Shown here: piece by piece, positions 49,681 to 62,565 of the stretch
How the letters are laid out: each line of letters begins with the position of its first letter
Numbering within the stretch: the stretch's first letter is position 1
NCBI GenBank assembly: GCA_030704615.1
Contig: CM060731.1
Location: forward strand, 90,396,001-90,460,000
DNA length: 64,000 nt
Reading direction: 5' to 3'
From: Takakia lepidozioides
Taxonomy: Eukaryota > Plantae > Bryophyta
The notes under the pieces: model-generated
The model's input: the letters and a program-made list of their open reading frames with translations, nothing else
What the model was told of the DNA's origin: nothing
Database searches by the model: none
Translations under genes and position numbers: made by a program

Positions 49681-52600
49681 TCCTTCACCGTCTGATCCGA
49701 GTTCCAAATCTCAAGCCATCTCACTTTTGTCTGGTTGTCAACCATAGAGAGAGCCAGCCTGTGCAATTTCTCCTGTTGCATCTCTGGATGTACATGCTTG
49801 TCGTAGTGGGATTTGATTTGGAGAAGGAACTCCTCCCCAAGTCCGGGATCCACTATTCTCAATTGCTTCAGGAAGGCCGACATCAGCTTCGTTCTCCTTA
49901 TCTCGTACTCCTTCTTTATGGCTGCTCCAACTCCTTTAGCAGTCCTCAACTCTTCTGCTGTAATGCGGTAGTACTCAGATTTCCCCCTCTCGGCGGCCTC
50001 TGCCAGTTCTTGCTGCAAGTATCAATAATTGGATTAGCAGACATACAAGTGCAAATTTGTATGTAATAACATAGGAAGAAGTGGTTTGGGCCATACCGCA
50101 TACATGTACTCCAAAAATGCATCTCGGGTCAACGAGTACCAGGTCCCTGCAGATCTTCCTGTTTCGCACTTCTTGATGACATGCACTATGCGGAACTCAT
50201 CAAGCTTCATCAAACCAATTCTCTGAATGCGGAATAGTGTGTGGACCAGGCTCGTAGTAACATGTGATTTCTCTGTCGATCTGCAAACAGGGAATACACA
50301 TTGCATATGTAAGAAATATTTAACGTTTGGACTTGAAATGCGCACAACATGCAATTTGAAAGACTATGGGTTTCTAAGGAAGTCCTATTTGTTCACGTCA
50401 TGCATAGCTGTCAAAAGTCTGGCGATGTCGTTCCCAGGATCCAGAACCATTGCCTCCACAACACAATGCTTGTCCTTGTCTTTTGAATGGTGTTTCGCAA
50501 TGTACCCCATCCAAGCTAGCAAGCAATGGTTCCCGTCCCAGACATAGAACATGTGGTTGCAGAACTGCTGGGTGTTATGTCCAAGCAGCAGAGAGTCTTC
50601 GAACTCGTCATTCACATCCTTCGAGCAATCATCCCAGTTGTCCGTAATCTCTGGGCTCACTTTTGTGCTGTGACCATTAGTATCCTTCAGTGAGACGTAA
50701 AAAACTTGTGCACCCATTCTATACCCGTGCACGAAATCTGTTTCCAACTTGGTAATGTCATGCGAAAGTGGAGGACGAACAACAGGCATGGAGATCATCC
50801 GGCAGAGAGGGATTTCAAGACGTCCTCCAGAGACGATCATGTCCCTAATAACCTCCTGGGAATTTACCTTTTGATATGACATAAGTTGTCTCACCTTGTC
50901 AAGGTAGTGCAATTCAGGCTCGTCAGTGTCTTCACTGTTCTCAGAACTCTTTGTGGAGTCGTCCCCTTCTCCAGAGCCCTTTGCATCTGTTTCTGCCTGC
51001 TTGGACTTTACATTCTTCTGCATAACCAAAACCGCCACAACAGCAACATTCAACTGGTGTTCAGGAAAACAGACATTTTAACACAATGACGATCAGTACC
51101 GACCATCACTTTGTCTTCTAACAAATGAATGGAAATCCTACTTGGTTTCCCACTGCACCTTGACTCCGTTCTCACTAGACTGCAATGATCGGTGCCGACC
51201 ATCAGGATGATGCAAGCGATGGTCGGTACCGCACATCACCACAAGACAGCATTGGGATGCAAACACCCACGAGGCCTAAATGTGATGGTCGGCACCGATC
51301 ATCACTAGGAGTCAGAACCCATTCTATCACTCATTGAACTTGATGTCCTCTTTTGGATTCTGGTGCATTGCCAATCTGTTCAAAAAGTGATGGTCGGTAC
51401 CGATCATCACAATCAGACTGCCTTGGGAAGCACAACCCATGAGGTCTAAATGTGATGGTCGGCACCGATCATCACTATAAGTCAGAATCCCCGCTATCAC
51501 ACATTGAACTTGATGTCCTCTCTTGGATTCTGGTGCATTGCCAATCTGTTCAAAAAGTGATGATCGGTCCCAATCATCACAATCAGATTGCATTAGGAAG
51601 CGAACCCCATGACGTCTGAGTGTGATGGTCGGCACCGATCATCACTCTTAGCCAGAATCCCTTCTTTCACCCACTGAACTTGGTCTCCTTTTATGGATTC
51701 TGGTGTATTGCCAAACCGTTCAAATAGTGATGGTCGGTACCGATCATCACAATCAGACTGCCTTGGGAAGCACAACCCATGAGGTCTGGATGTGATGGTC
51801 GGCACCGATCATCACTTCACAACATAATTCTGCATTTCATTGTATGAGATATAGAGCATAGAAATGGACTTGTAGGCGATGGTCGACACCGACCATCACT
51901 TTGCTGTTTCTCCAATTCCAAATATGAAGTTGAATGGACATTTCTCCACCTAAAGAATTTCATTGTACAAAGGCTTCCAATGCGAGAAAGGATTTTGGGT
52001 TAACATGCAGTCATTGCCGAAAGTGATGATTGGTACTGACCATCACTATTTAAGTGCCAAGGGATGTACAAACAATGGGAGCTGAATGTGATGGTCGGTA
52101 CCGATCATCACTTTCCTGAACGACCACGCCATTTCTAAACTGTTCTGAACAAGAAGGGAATGGACCTCAAAGCGATGATCGTTACCGATCATCACTTCGA
52201 CATCATTGCAAGATGCGTCTTTAGTTCCCTGTCACTCTTGAATCACAATGAGCATCGCATTCTTTGCTTAAATAAAGCAATGGCGAAGGTGATGGTCGGC
52301 ACCGATCATCACTTTTGCCTTGATACATATTCTTTCCTGCCTGCCTGACTTCCTGAATCTGCTGAAATAAGACACCAACTACATTCTTCTGTAAAGCGAT
52401 GATCGCCACCGATCATCGCTTTTCTCACATCGGGGGACTATCAGTAAAGAGGGAGAAGTGCGTTTGAGAGAACTTACGGATCCCTTCGCCTTCTTCGGCT
52501 TCGTGGCTGCATCGCTCGGATTGCCCTCTGCAGCTTCCCTCTTCCCTTTTTCATCGGTCTGAACATAAGAAAAAACAATGTATTGATCCCACATGGAAGG

Positions 52601-52990
52601 GAAAACATCAAGACTAATGATAACAGTATTATGCGGATATTGAATGTTCACCATTTCTGTCTGATGTAGGGTTTGCTGACTTCCTCCCGGTATGGCGTCC
52701 ACTGCTCCTCCTTCTGTTGTGTTGTCTTCGTGCATGAACTCGGCTGGCACTGTTTGGTTACCTACGCTCACTGCTCCAGCCGTCGGGGTGACTGCGGCGA
52801 CCTCACTCTCACTTCCTACATGCTCTTCTGCTTGATCTGTCTCCAAGTTCACATGCTGCCTAAGCGTTGCACCATCTTGCATGCGACGCCTCGTCATTTG
52901 CTCTCTTGATCTCAGCCTCTCTCTAACCGATGTAAAATACAATGATTTCCTCCTCTTTCGAACCGAACAAGGAACCCTCTCCAGCTTGAC
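49681..52990 (-). pseudogene. Family-A' ParB-like gene, 5' exons (interrupted by B2)
   Basis: Diverged homolog of 21135-23304: KLERVPCSVRKRRKSLYF, IPLCRMISMP, MFYVWDGNHC, WLEIWNSDQTVK. Confidence 0.87.
51085..52420. repeat. Family-A' intronic palindromes GTGATGGTCGG(T/C)ACCGATCATCAC, partly in a 170-bp tandem unit
   Basis: About 16 copies; 170-bp periodicity at 51281, 51451, 51621 and 51791. Confidence 0.9.
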
Positions 52991-53748
52991 TTCCTCTCTT
53001 CCTCTAAGAAACAAGAATGATGAACAGACTCGCTTTCTTCCGGGGTCCCTTCGTTTTGGAAGTGTCCCTAGAACCGTTTGATTCCCTCTTGCGTGTCCAA
53101 TACTTGAATGTACGTGACAGTGAAAATAGCGTAACCTATTTGGGACAGCTGTTCCTTTGCGCGGTTGTTTTGGGTTCTTGGCGTGTGCAAACATAAATTT
53201 GACATGTGTCTTTTTTGTGACGGCTTCATTAATATCACCGTTGGACGTCATGGATGAGAATTCTCGAAGTACTTGCCATGAGGCCTACTTAGGATTTAAC
53301 GGAATATGCATACGTGGAGAGTTCTGGGCCCAGGGATTGCATGATCTTGAAACCATCCACATGATCAGACATACTGGATATAGTCATGGCCTGACAAATG
53401 AACTAATTACTTAAATTCTCTTCCCATCATCCCTGCATGGGATCCTCAAGCTGTCTTCAAGGAAGTCGGCGGGTTTTTATTGTTTTGGGGAGACCCCCAC
53501 AACTAGATGGATTATCTGTCAGCATTGCTCAGAAGACAATACAGACTACATATCACATACGTTAATTTGACGGTGACTTGTTAGGAACCGTCCCACATCG
53601 ATTAGATGGAATATCATAATATGCACAATCTTCAAGGAACGGGTGCTTCCGCCTCATTTCATGTGCAACCAGTGTGTTGCATAGCTGAATCATCTGATTT
53701 TGCAAAGGAGCAACTGAGGAAAGAGAACCCCCCGCTCGGGGACGTAAC

Positions 53749-55240
53749 ATGGCTTCCTCCGAAGCAGAGTTTTATTCTGACGACAAACCAGTGCCTTTCT
53801 CCAAAGAAGCACTTGACAATGGATTCACGATTGTGACGGAACATGTCCTGGCTACCCGGTTTGAACTTTTGAATGGGTCCATCTTCTTGGAGAAAGAGGT
53901 GTATGATTTCGACGGGAAGTTGTTGAAATACTCTTTTCAAAATCGTGATGAGACGGCTCATGTGAGCCAGTGGAGAGTGCGCCCTGGTAGATACAGAGTA
54001 CTTGGAGAGCCTCGGAGAAAATCCCTTGGATCATATGTGACGCCCGGGACTGCTGCTTCAGTCGTTGAAGACAAAAGGGAGGTGGTGGTGAAAAAAAAAG
54101 AAACGTGCTCAACTCCAATCGTTGAGCTTTCGGATTCGTCCGATGATGACATTAGTGAAATTCCAACTCCAGTCCTTTGTACTGTAGTTGTGGAAGCGGA
54201 TGAAGAAGACATTTGTAGTGTCATTCCAAAACTACGGGCGATGGGAGGAATGGCAGGTTTCAAAAGTGAGTTGCGGGGAATTGATTGGGAAGCTTTGAAG
54301 CAGGTGCCTGCGAAGTTCCTGCCAGAGACTTTTGATGGGGATATCTTATTCGAGCTGCCTCCTCCTTCGCGAGTTGGAGGTATAACAAGCATGATGCACG
54401 GAATGGACAAGAAACACGACGGGCACCCATGGTGCAGAACAAAAACATCCAATATTCAAAATGAGGACAAGCTTGTTTTCAGGAGAACAGTTTGCAATGG
54501 ACACCTTAGGTGTGATAATTTGAATTGTAGACACTTTCTTCAATCTGGGATTCACAATCAAAGCGAGTGGGAGGGTCTCGCGGAAAATCCATTTAAGCCT
54601 GGGACTGCTCCTCCAGCGGAAACCACTTTCGTTTGCAAATTCTGCAAACTAGTACCAACCTGCCTGGCGCTGTGTGGAGCAAGAATGTACTATGTTGTCC
54701 ACCGTTTGAAAACCATGACAAGAGCTTGTGTGCATTTCGGTTTCCATAACCATCCTGTCTCGAAGGGGGATTACAGGGAGAGTGTTGAGACAGTATCGAG
54801 GTTGATTAAACAGGAGTACAAGAGAAACCCATTCACAACAACATCCGCAATTGCTCTTGGGGCAAGCAAGTCCTTCTTGGAAAGCCATATTTTGAGTGAA
54901 GGGGATTCTGTGGGGACTAAACTTGACGGTGCAACACTCGACGTTGTCATGGATCATTTCTCCACGTTGAGTTCACCTAACATTCGGCATCAGATCAATG
55001 CATTGAGAATGGGCTCTGGGATCAGAGGCTACATAGACAACATTTTGGAATTGAAACGACTGAGCATGTACGACTACATCCAGGACAATGTTTTTCCAGG
55101 TCAAGGTGCCATCAAAGTTTTTCTTTTCAAAATGTCGACTGCTGGGGAGGGTAGTGGGGTTAGCTTCGTGAAGCGGATGCAGAAGACTGGGGACCTGCAG
55201 AATTGTTTTCTTATGTTTGATCATGTGAAACAAGTGAAAC
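53749..55240 (+). pseudogene. Family-A' MULE-like transposase, N-terminal half
   Basis: Close homolog of 18900-20378 (MASSEAEF...MFDHVK); homology ends at ~55240. Confidence 0.9.
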
Positions 55241-56379
55241 GAAGCAGGTGTAACCCTTCTAGTATTGTGTCAGGAGAGCACAATGTTGGAGGTAGCCGTC
55301 AGAAGCATGGTGGTCGTTCTTGTTCTCGAGAAATGGAGGAGATGAGGTTATCTTTTTCACTTTCTACAATTCTCTTTTACCCCTACTCTGCTGTTACAGC
55401 ACCCTACATTTTAGGGCTTCTTTGCCCGTCTTGAGCACTTGGAGAAGGCCACTGCAGAAGTCCGCATTGTGCGTGTATGCGAGTTTGGTTGCAAGGGCGT
55501 TGAACATCGGAGCTGTTTTGTTTCTTTCTCGTTAGGCAAAATTCGCTTTTGCGAGTTTGTTTGAAGTCCTTGAGCATCGCAGCGGTTGAGCTTCTTTGTT
55601 GTAAGCTGCACGATTGCTTTGTGGGTTTGCTTCTCGTAAGCTGCACGTTACAGGTTCTAGGTCTGTTTTCTACGTTTGCTACTCCTAAGCATCTCACTGC
55701 AGCTCGTTTTCTTTTCTATGTTTGCTTTCTAGAAGCAACTGCAGCTGCAACTTTTTTGTTTTTGCTTGTTGTGGGCCTGCCATGCGCTCACATCTTTACT
55801 CAGCCACTGGTGAGACCAATCATATGATTTTCCACGCGGGCGGACAAACACTCTTTGCCACAGACACCATGGGCCTTACTGTAGGACCGGCTCTTCTCGG
55901 ATAGACTGCAGGACCTCTCCCATAGCTTAGCTTGCTTCTCGTAAGCTGCACGTTAGAGGTTGCGTTTGTAGATCTCGCTGCAGCTCGTTTTGCTTTCTAC
56001 GTTTGCTTTCTAGGTTTGCTGCAACTCGTTTTGTTTTGGGCCTGCCATGCAGACACAAATTAGAGAGAGAGCAAAAGTGTTGAAGCAGAGACCCACAGAC
56101 ATAATGCATAAGGTTGGAGATGCACTCACATGACAAACGAGGCCACTGGTGGAGTCATGATTTTCCACGCGGGCGGACAAACACTTCTTGCCACGGACAC
56201 CATGGGCTACTGCAGGACCAGCTCTTCTCAAACACACTGCAGGACCAACGCGCTCTTCTTCCTCGCTTGGCATGGCACTTGGGTTTTCTTTATATGCTTG
56301 CGTACAATGCTATCTACTAAGCCGCAGTAGTTGTTTCACTTTTTTATTTGTTTATGCTTGCTTCTGGCTTGATTGTGTG

Positions 56380-58314
56380 CAGGATCCGGAGGGGGGAACT
56401 TCTCCCTCTTGTCAGACGGAGGCCTCAGCAACTTCATGGAGAGAACGGACATCTTTGCAGGATTCCTTCACTCTATTTTCAATTCCAAATGGTGGTGAGC
56501 ATGGCACAATGGAGGAAGATGGGGACCTGTTAGCCACACCTTACAACGATCAGGTGCCGACAACAAGTGAGCTGGGGCTGGTACTTCTCGCGGCTCCCTC
56601 GAAGAAGGGCATCGCGGGGTGGGAAGGGGGTGCAGGAACAACAGTCGGACTCAGAGGTTCAATATTTTGCGACTCCCCAAAAGCAGGTTGTCATCAGGCC
56701 CAATGTGATTATGCAGAATAGCCCTGGAGCTTCTGTGACGACTTCTACGATGGACTTGCCTGCAGCTTCTACGATGGACATGCCTGCAGCGACGACCCAT
56801 TCCTTGTACAATGATCAGGAAGTGGGGGGGGGTTCCTGACCCTCAGGCACTTGCTTCTGTATCAGAGGAACAGTTGGAGCAAGTTGATGCTATGAAGCAA
56901 TTGCAAGTCCTTGATGACCACAATGCTGGAAACCTCCAGTCCGTTGTGAATAAACTGGCAATTACTAAACCCACCCTGCCTCCAAATGTGCCTCTTTGCA
57001 GAATGATATTGAATCCCAAAATTAGGCCCATAGTTGGGGAGAATGCAGGGGATGCATTGAGAGGGGGTTTTTTAACAAATGGGTATGTGGAAGGTCGTGG
57101 CTATTTCTTTCTGGCCCCCATAGACGAGCTTGAGAATCCCGCATTGGTGACGGATGAGATCCGAAGGGGTTGGAGTGCACACTGGCAACAAGTTAGCAAC
57201 GAGTTTGATGCTGATTGCGAAGCTGATGCAAATTGGGCAGGTTGAAGAATCGGATGTTCTACGTGTGGGATGGTAACCACCGCATGCACACGTGGTTGAA
57301 GCTCATCAACACCTTGAAGACAAATGAGAAACCATGGCATGTGCGAGTGCAAGCCAAGATTTTGCGATGCCAGCCCATCACTATTGGCATGCTCAAAGCT
57401 ACCATCCTTCTTATCCACCCCCACTTTACCTTTGTATGTCTATCTAATTAAGTGTTATTAACCACCAAATGGTTATCCTTATAGAGGTCGCAAGGAGAAA
57501 TCCCCCACATTCTACCAGACAATCATGGAGCTATGTTCAGCTGAGGGGGCTAAAGTTTTGGATTTGACAGCTTCGACAGGTAATATTAATTCATTCCTTA
57601 TGCATGCTTCTTTTGTAATTAGAATACTATTAAGTATGTCAAGGTTTTGCATATGGCTGTTTTGCTTAAACTGGAAACGGGTTATCTGATATTGGCCGAG
57701 TTGGTTGCTGATGTAGGAAACTTGGTGAAAGCCGCAATCACGTCCGGCAGACACATTCTTGTATTGGAGAGTGACTTTGAGCTGTTCGATGCCGTTTTAA
57801 AGCCTATGATGGACACTTGCCCGAAGAGACGACGAGCTCCTGGGCCACCTGCTAGAACATCTGCCGTGAAGTATGTGGACACATCGGATGGCGATGGTGA
57901 TGTGTGAGTGAGTCATCTCACAAGCCTTTTTTGAATATTAGTCCGTTTCTCGTTTTTCTTCTTGGAATGACTTTGACTGCATGGTTGCATTTGTGCATGC
58001 ACACAAATGTGTGGAGGGAGAGGAAGGATTTGCGTACCTACGCTGTTGACATACCCCTAAACCCACAGCAGTTTTTGATGCTCCCAATCTACGCCGATGT
58101 TGAGGCCGAAAGACAGGCATCATCAATACGAGAATATGAGTGGGATGACCAGTTGATGTGGACAAGGAAAAAATCTATGTTTGGGAATAATAGTTTTGTC
58201 TATGTGTTGGACGAAACTGAGGCATGTGAACTGTCTAGTAGTAGTGTGAGCGGTAGCCTGGATGATCTACCAAAATATGTAATAGATTTGGGATCTGATG
58301 ACACCACTGCATAA
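56380..58314 (+). pseudogene. Family-D ParB-MTase gene remnant (internally deleted)
   Basis: VPLCRMIL, FLTNGY, MFYVWDGNHR; then KEKSPTFYQTIMELCSAEGAKVLDLTASTG (57485-57580), an intron, GNLVKAAITSGRHILVLESD, and a last exon with LPIYA...VLDETE. Confidence 0.8.
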
Positions 58315-58774
58315 CAGATTTTTAAGATGGGGAACGGGCTGAGCAGTACTGGATGTCTTACTGCCGGATGTTGTGTCTAAGTACAATGGCCTCGGTGGGT
58401 GTGGTGTACCCAAAGTGCCTTCGACCAAGTCATTTTTGAAGATCATACTTCTCTCTCTATGTCTAGATTTTGAAACTGAATATAAGTGGGTTTTAGAAGA
58501 TGGAGTTTTGAAAAAATATATACTCTGTAATGCTGAAGGGCCTATGAAAAGCAATATTCTCAAATTTAGAGGCCTAATGTATTCTCGCATTCAACATTAA
58601 CAATGACAGCGGACTGTCAAGCAGCATGTTTGTTTTTGTGATTGAATCATTCAATTTAGATATGCTTCCCCTTACAATGTATCTGCCTATTGTACTCTTT
58701 GCCTTGTGTGAGCGAAGGTGACGTTGGTCAGTGATGGATATGCAATGCTAAACAAGAGAATTAGAAACCATATC

Positions 58775-59130
58775 TTGTGACCCACCTTTGGTGAACGTAG
58801 GTTGGTCCTATACTGCCTAAAAGATGTTTTCGGATAGGCAAAAAAAATAGCTATACTGCCTAAAAAATATTTTCGGATAGGCAAAAAATTAGATTGATCA
58901 GATTGTTTTTATTCTTGATCTATGGTTGAGACCCACCTTTGGTGAACGTAGGTTGGTCCTATACTGCCTAAAAGATGTTTTCAGATAGGCAAAAAAAATA
59001 GATTTATTGATCATATTGTTTTTATTCTTGATCTATGGTTGATTTTTGCGACCCTATCGCTGATATATAAGTAGTTTATTTATAACAACATCACAAGTTC
59101 ACCCACCTTCGGTGGATGTAGGTGGGAACG
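58775..59130. repeat. Local ~150-bp tandem duplication
   Basis: CCCACCTTTGGTGAACGTAGGTTGG... at 58780 and 58931, with a partial copy at 59101. Confidence 0.75.
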
Positions 59131-59899
59131 TGGGTCTTTGGCCTGCCATAACATATGGTCAGTTTGGCATTAATCGAGAAAAAAATATTTTTCCATTTTT
59201 ATTATTTGTTTTCCTTTCCGCAAACCAGCCCGTGTTCTACAACCGCGGAGGATGCCCCCTTCGTTGGGGGTAGGTGCTTTAATAGGCAGGTTCGTTGGGC
59301 AGCGGAAAATGTTCAAGCTGACCGTCGTTTACCTTCATCACTGATGGAATATAGCTGTTAACTGACAGAATAGGAGCTCTCCTTCACCCATGCAAAGTAT
59401 CTTTCAACCATTGCAAAGACTTCTCCTATATGGAGAACGGGGTGGGTGGTGGGGTCTTTGAGGAACTACTACTGATGGTAGGAAAAGATACAACCTACTC
59501 ATTTTGTAATAGTGATGTAACAAACCAGTGGCAGTCTGTAACTCCACATCAAAAATCCAATTCATAAGCAATCGCTGCTATGTTAGACTGTGCATTTTAA
59601 AATATAGGCCATAGTTTAGCTAACAAGAGCATGTAGTGATTGCTTTTACAAAATTTAGTAATAAAAAAACTATGTCCAGTTTATACGCATCAATTTCCAG
59701 ATCACATGGCAAAGTTCTGATGCACATTGGTATGAAAATAAGATAGTCAAAGGTAAGGTAGGGCCTTCCTTGCTAGTGGTCAAACACCATAGTTTTACAG
59801 CAGGAGGTTGCAGGTACACACATCCCTTCTGCTCCAAATGAGAATGCGGAACTGAAAAGCATTTGAAACCAGATACCAAATAGATGGAAACCCTCACAT

Positions 59900-61580
59900 G
59901 TGCCCGTCCCAACAATTACCACAGACATTAGTGTGTGGGTTAGTGAGGATGTGCGAGGTCAGTAGCAGGTTTCCATACACGAGTAGGGACACGTCTTTCC
60001 TTTCTCTTCTCTTCTGCTTTCGCGTGCAGATCTTTCTCAGACTCGTCAACAATTCCACCAGACATGTCCAGGTACCACGGGCATCCAACGAGATGCGCGG
60101 CATGCCATTGTTTTTGCATCTCGGGTGTGTAGACACAGCTTGGGCCCGCCACGGTCCAAGCCATGAAGAACGGGGGCTCTTGAGCCAGGGCCCCTGTTTG
60201 AAGAAGCATGTATTTCATATACTTGCAGGGCAGTCAGCATGCGTGAGCAAAAGTTGAGACCAACGTACTCGCAGAGTGCAACCGAAAACTTAAAATGCGA
60301 ATGCGGTGCCGCATTTCCCAGACAAACCTCATAACCAGGCTTCGCATACAAGGACAACTGGTCTTCATCTGTAAACAATTCGCATTGCAGCTTTTCCCGC
60401 TCCCTCCTGATGTGTAAACTCCACGCTCCTTCTTGCTGTCTGCAGCTCCCTGGCGAAGAGGTTGTCTTTGTCGCACATTTGAAATGTGTCACGTAGTCTT
60501 CCAATGTCTGTGTTCCATCCCATTTGACGTACAAGCCGATCGAATTTGTATGCATTACGACTTGCTCCTTCACATTCGTCATTACCTGCAATTCCCACAT
60601 GCATTGTCACGTAGCAGTTCAGGGAATTCATTTCAGAAAAGCAAATCTGGGGAAGTACCTTGAATTACCTGGAACCACCAAGTCATGCGGTTGAGCCACA
60701 CATCCACTACAGGGTCGGAAATTTCGAGTGGAAAAGACCACATTGTCCTTATACTCTCCGATGCATTCCAGATCGACAGCCACAGTGTCTGCCATTTCCG
60801 ATCCAATGTCAGGAGCAGGAAGAAGAGTGACTATTGCTAGGAAGGAACTTTAGTGCATTGAAACCTCACCTTCTCTTTCGCCTCAACACATGCCGTTGAG
60901 AGGTGATGCAGTTTCTCCAACTGCATAGTCGGCTGCATGGCCCGAGAATAGTGTTTTGCAATCTCGAGGATGAAGTCCTTTCCAAGTGCCGGATCTACAA
61001 TGGCCACCAGCTTCACAAGCTTTGACTTGTATTTCGTTCTGGACTTGACCCCGGCTTCCTTCAAGTGCTCAGTCAATGACTGCAACGTTTTAACCTGCCC
61101 CTCACTTTCCATGAAAAAGCGTTTGGCATGGGCCGAATCCAGCTTGATGTTTGACTGCCAACAAAACATGCAGAAGCGTTACATTCGATTCATGTGGAAA
61201 GATTACTGAAAATTGGGGAAGGATGAGTAGAGGGAAATGGGAGGACGACTTACTTCGTATATCACCTCCACCATTCCATCCATAGTGAGACGATACCATG
61301 TCCGGTCAGTTTTTGCCACGGCTTTCTGAATGAGCTCGGACTCCAGCATGTCCGCAAACATGTGCGGATCAGTGAGACCAATTTTCCTCACCCTGTATAG
61401 CATATGTGCCATGTGGGTATGCACGTACGCATTTTTCAGTGACCCTGCAAGGCACACTCTCCAGTTCAGTCCACGGAAGCACGGAAACAAAACAGATTGG
61501 AAACCGAAATGCGGCACCGCATTTCGAACGTGCTTGGGAGGGTATGAGTATCTTACGAGTTGAGGTCCGCTAATTGCAGA
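59900..61580 (-). pseudogene. Family-C ParB-MTase gene, middle exons
   Basis: DRTWYRLTMDGMV, HAKRFFMESE...LEKLHHL, WLNRMTWWFQ and CPWYLDM are colinear with family B. Introns carry the family-C palindrome (60300, 61506). Confidence 0.83.
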
Positions 61581-62565
61581 CCTGTGCAGAACATTGCCAC
61601 AACTACTATAGATAATGTCTATAGTAGGATAGCGGAGTTACAGGATGATGTGGAAGGGCTGCAGACTCAAGTGGATGACCTGAGTTCCAATATTGACAAA
61701 ATAGTCTTTGTTCCTGAGGAGCAGCTGGTGGCTACTTATTTGCATGCCAGGACTTTGATTTTTCAGTCTTCTTCACAGGAGGTGCAGGAGTTGCCGGTAG
61801 TAGGAGGGACAGTGGCGGCAATATCACAGCCCCCACAGCAAGTGGCTGTGTAGATGGCTGACCCTGTTGATACCATGGCAAAGCCACAGTCTGAGGTTTG
61901 GGGGGATGCTGCTGCACTGGAGTACAATCGGGCTATGATTATGCCCTTCAACCAAATTCCCATTGTGATGGATTTTGGCTTGGAAGGAATTCAGTCCTCC
62001 ACAGTCTTTGGCACAATATTACCAGATCATGCGCATTTGGTTGCCAGTGGCAACTCGGACTAAGGTTCTTCCGAACAATCGACCCATTGAGGATCATCAT
62101 TTTGCAAGGTACTGGTCTGAGGCAGGCACCATGTTGAAGGAATTAATTGCCTTCCAGGTTGTTCATGGGTACATCTACAACAAGACCAAGGAAGTATCTA
62201 GTATTGTCATGGGCTGTGGATTATACCATGCTGCTTGTTTCATTGCACGTTATCACATTGAGCAGCAGAAGATGCAATCACGATTTCTGAGTTATTCCAG
62301 TGGGGATCATTGGGTCTTACCTTCAGTTCTACCCCATATGTATCTGTATGATGCGAAAGTCATGATGCAGAAGGATTCCCAGCTTCGTTCATGGTTTAAT
62401 TTGGCTTGGAACAACTTGGCCAAAGAGAAATTGGGCCCTGATGATATTTTCTATAAGGGACATGAAGCCTGGAAATACTTACACTGTTCCAAAGTCATTG
62501 GCACACCTCTTATCTATACAGCCAAGGAGTTCAGGGAGTTCACTCATTTTGCTTGTAAGCAATTA
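61580..62565 (+). pseudogene. Unidentified decayed coding fragment (coiled-coil-like start, then aromatic-rich domain)
   Basis: Three abutting ORFs (61560, 61854, 61975) with protein-like composition, bounded by the family-C gene and the B4 TIR. Confidence 0.4.

Noticed and set aside
55240-55434. C-terminal ~65 aa of the 561-aa ORF at 53749
   Set aside because: Read-through into unrelated sequence after the transposase truncation.
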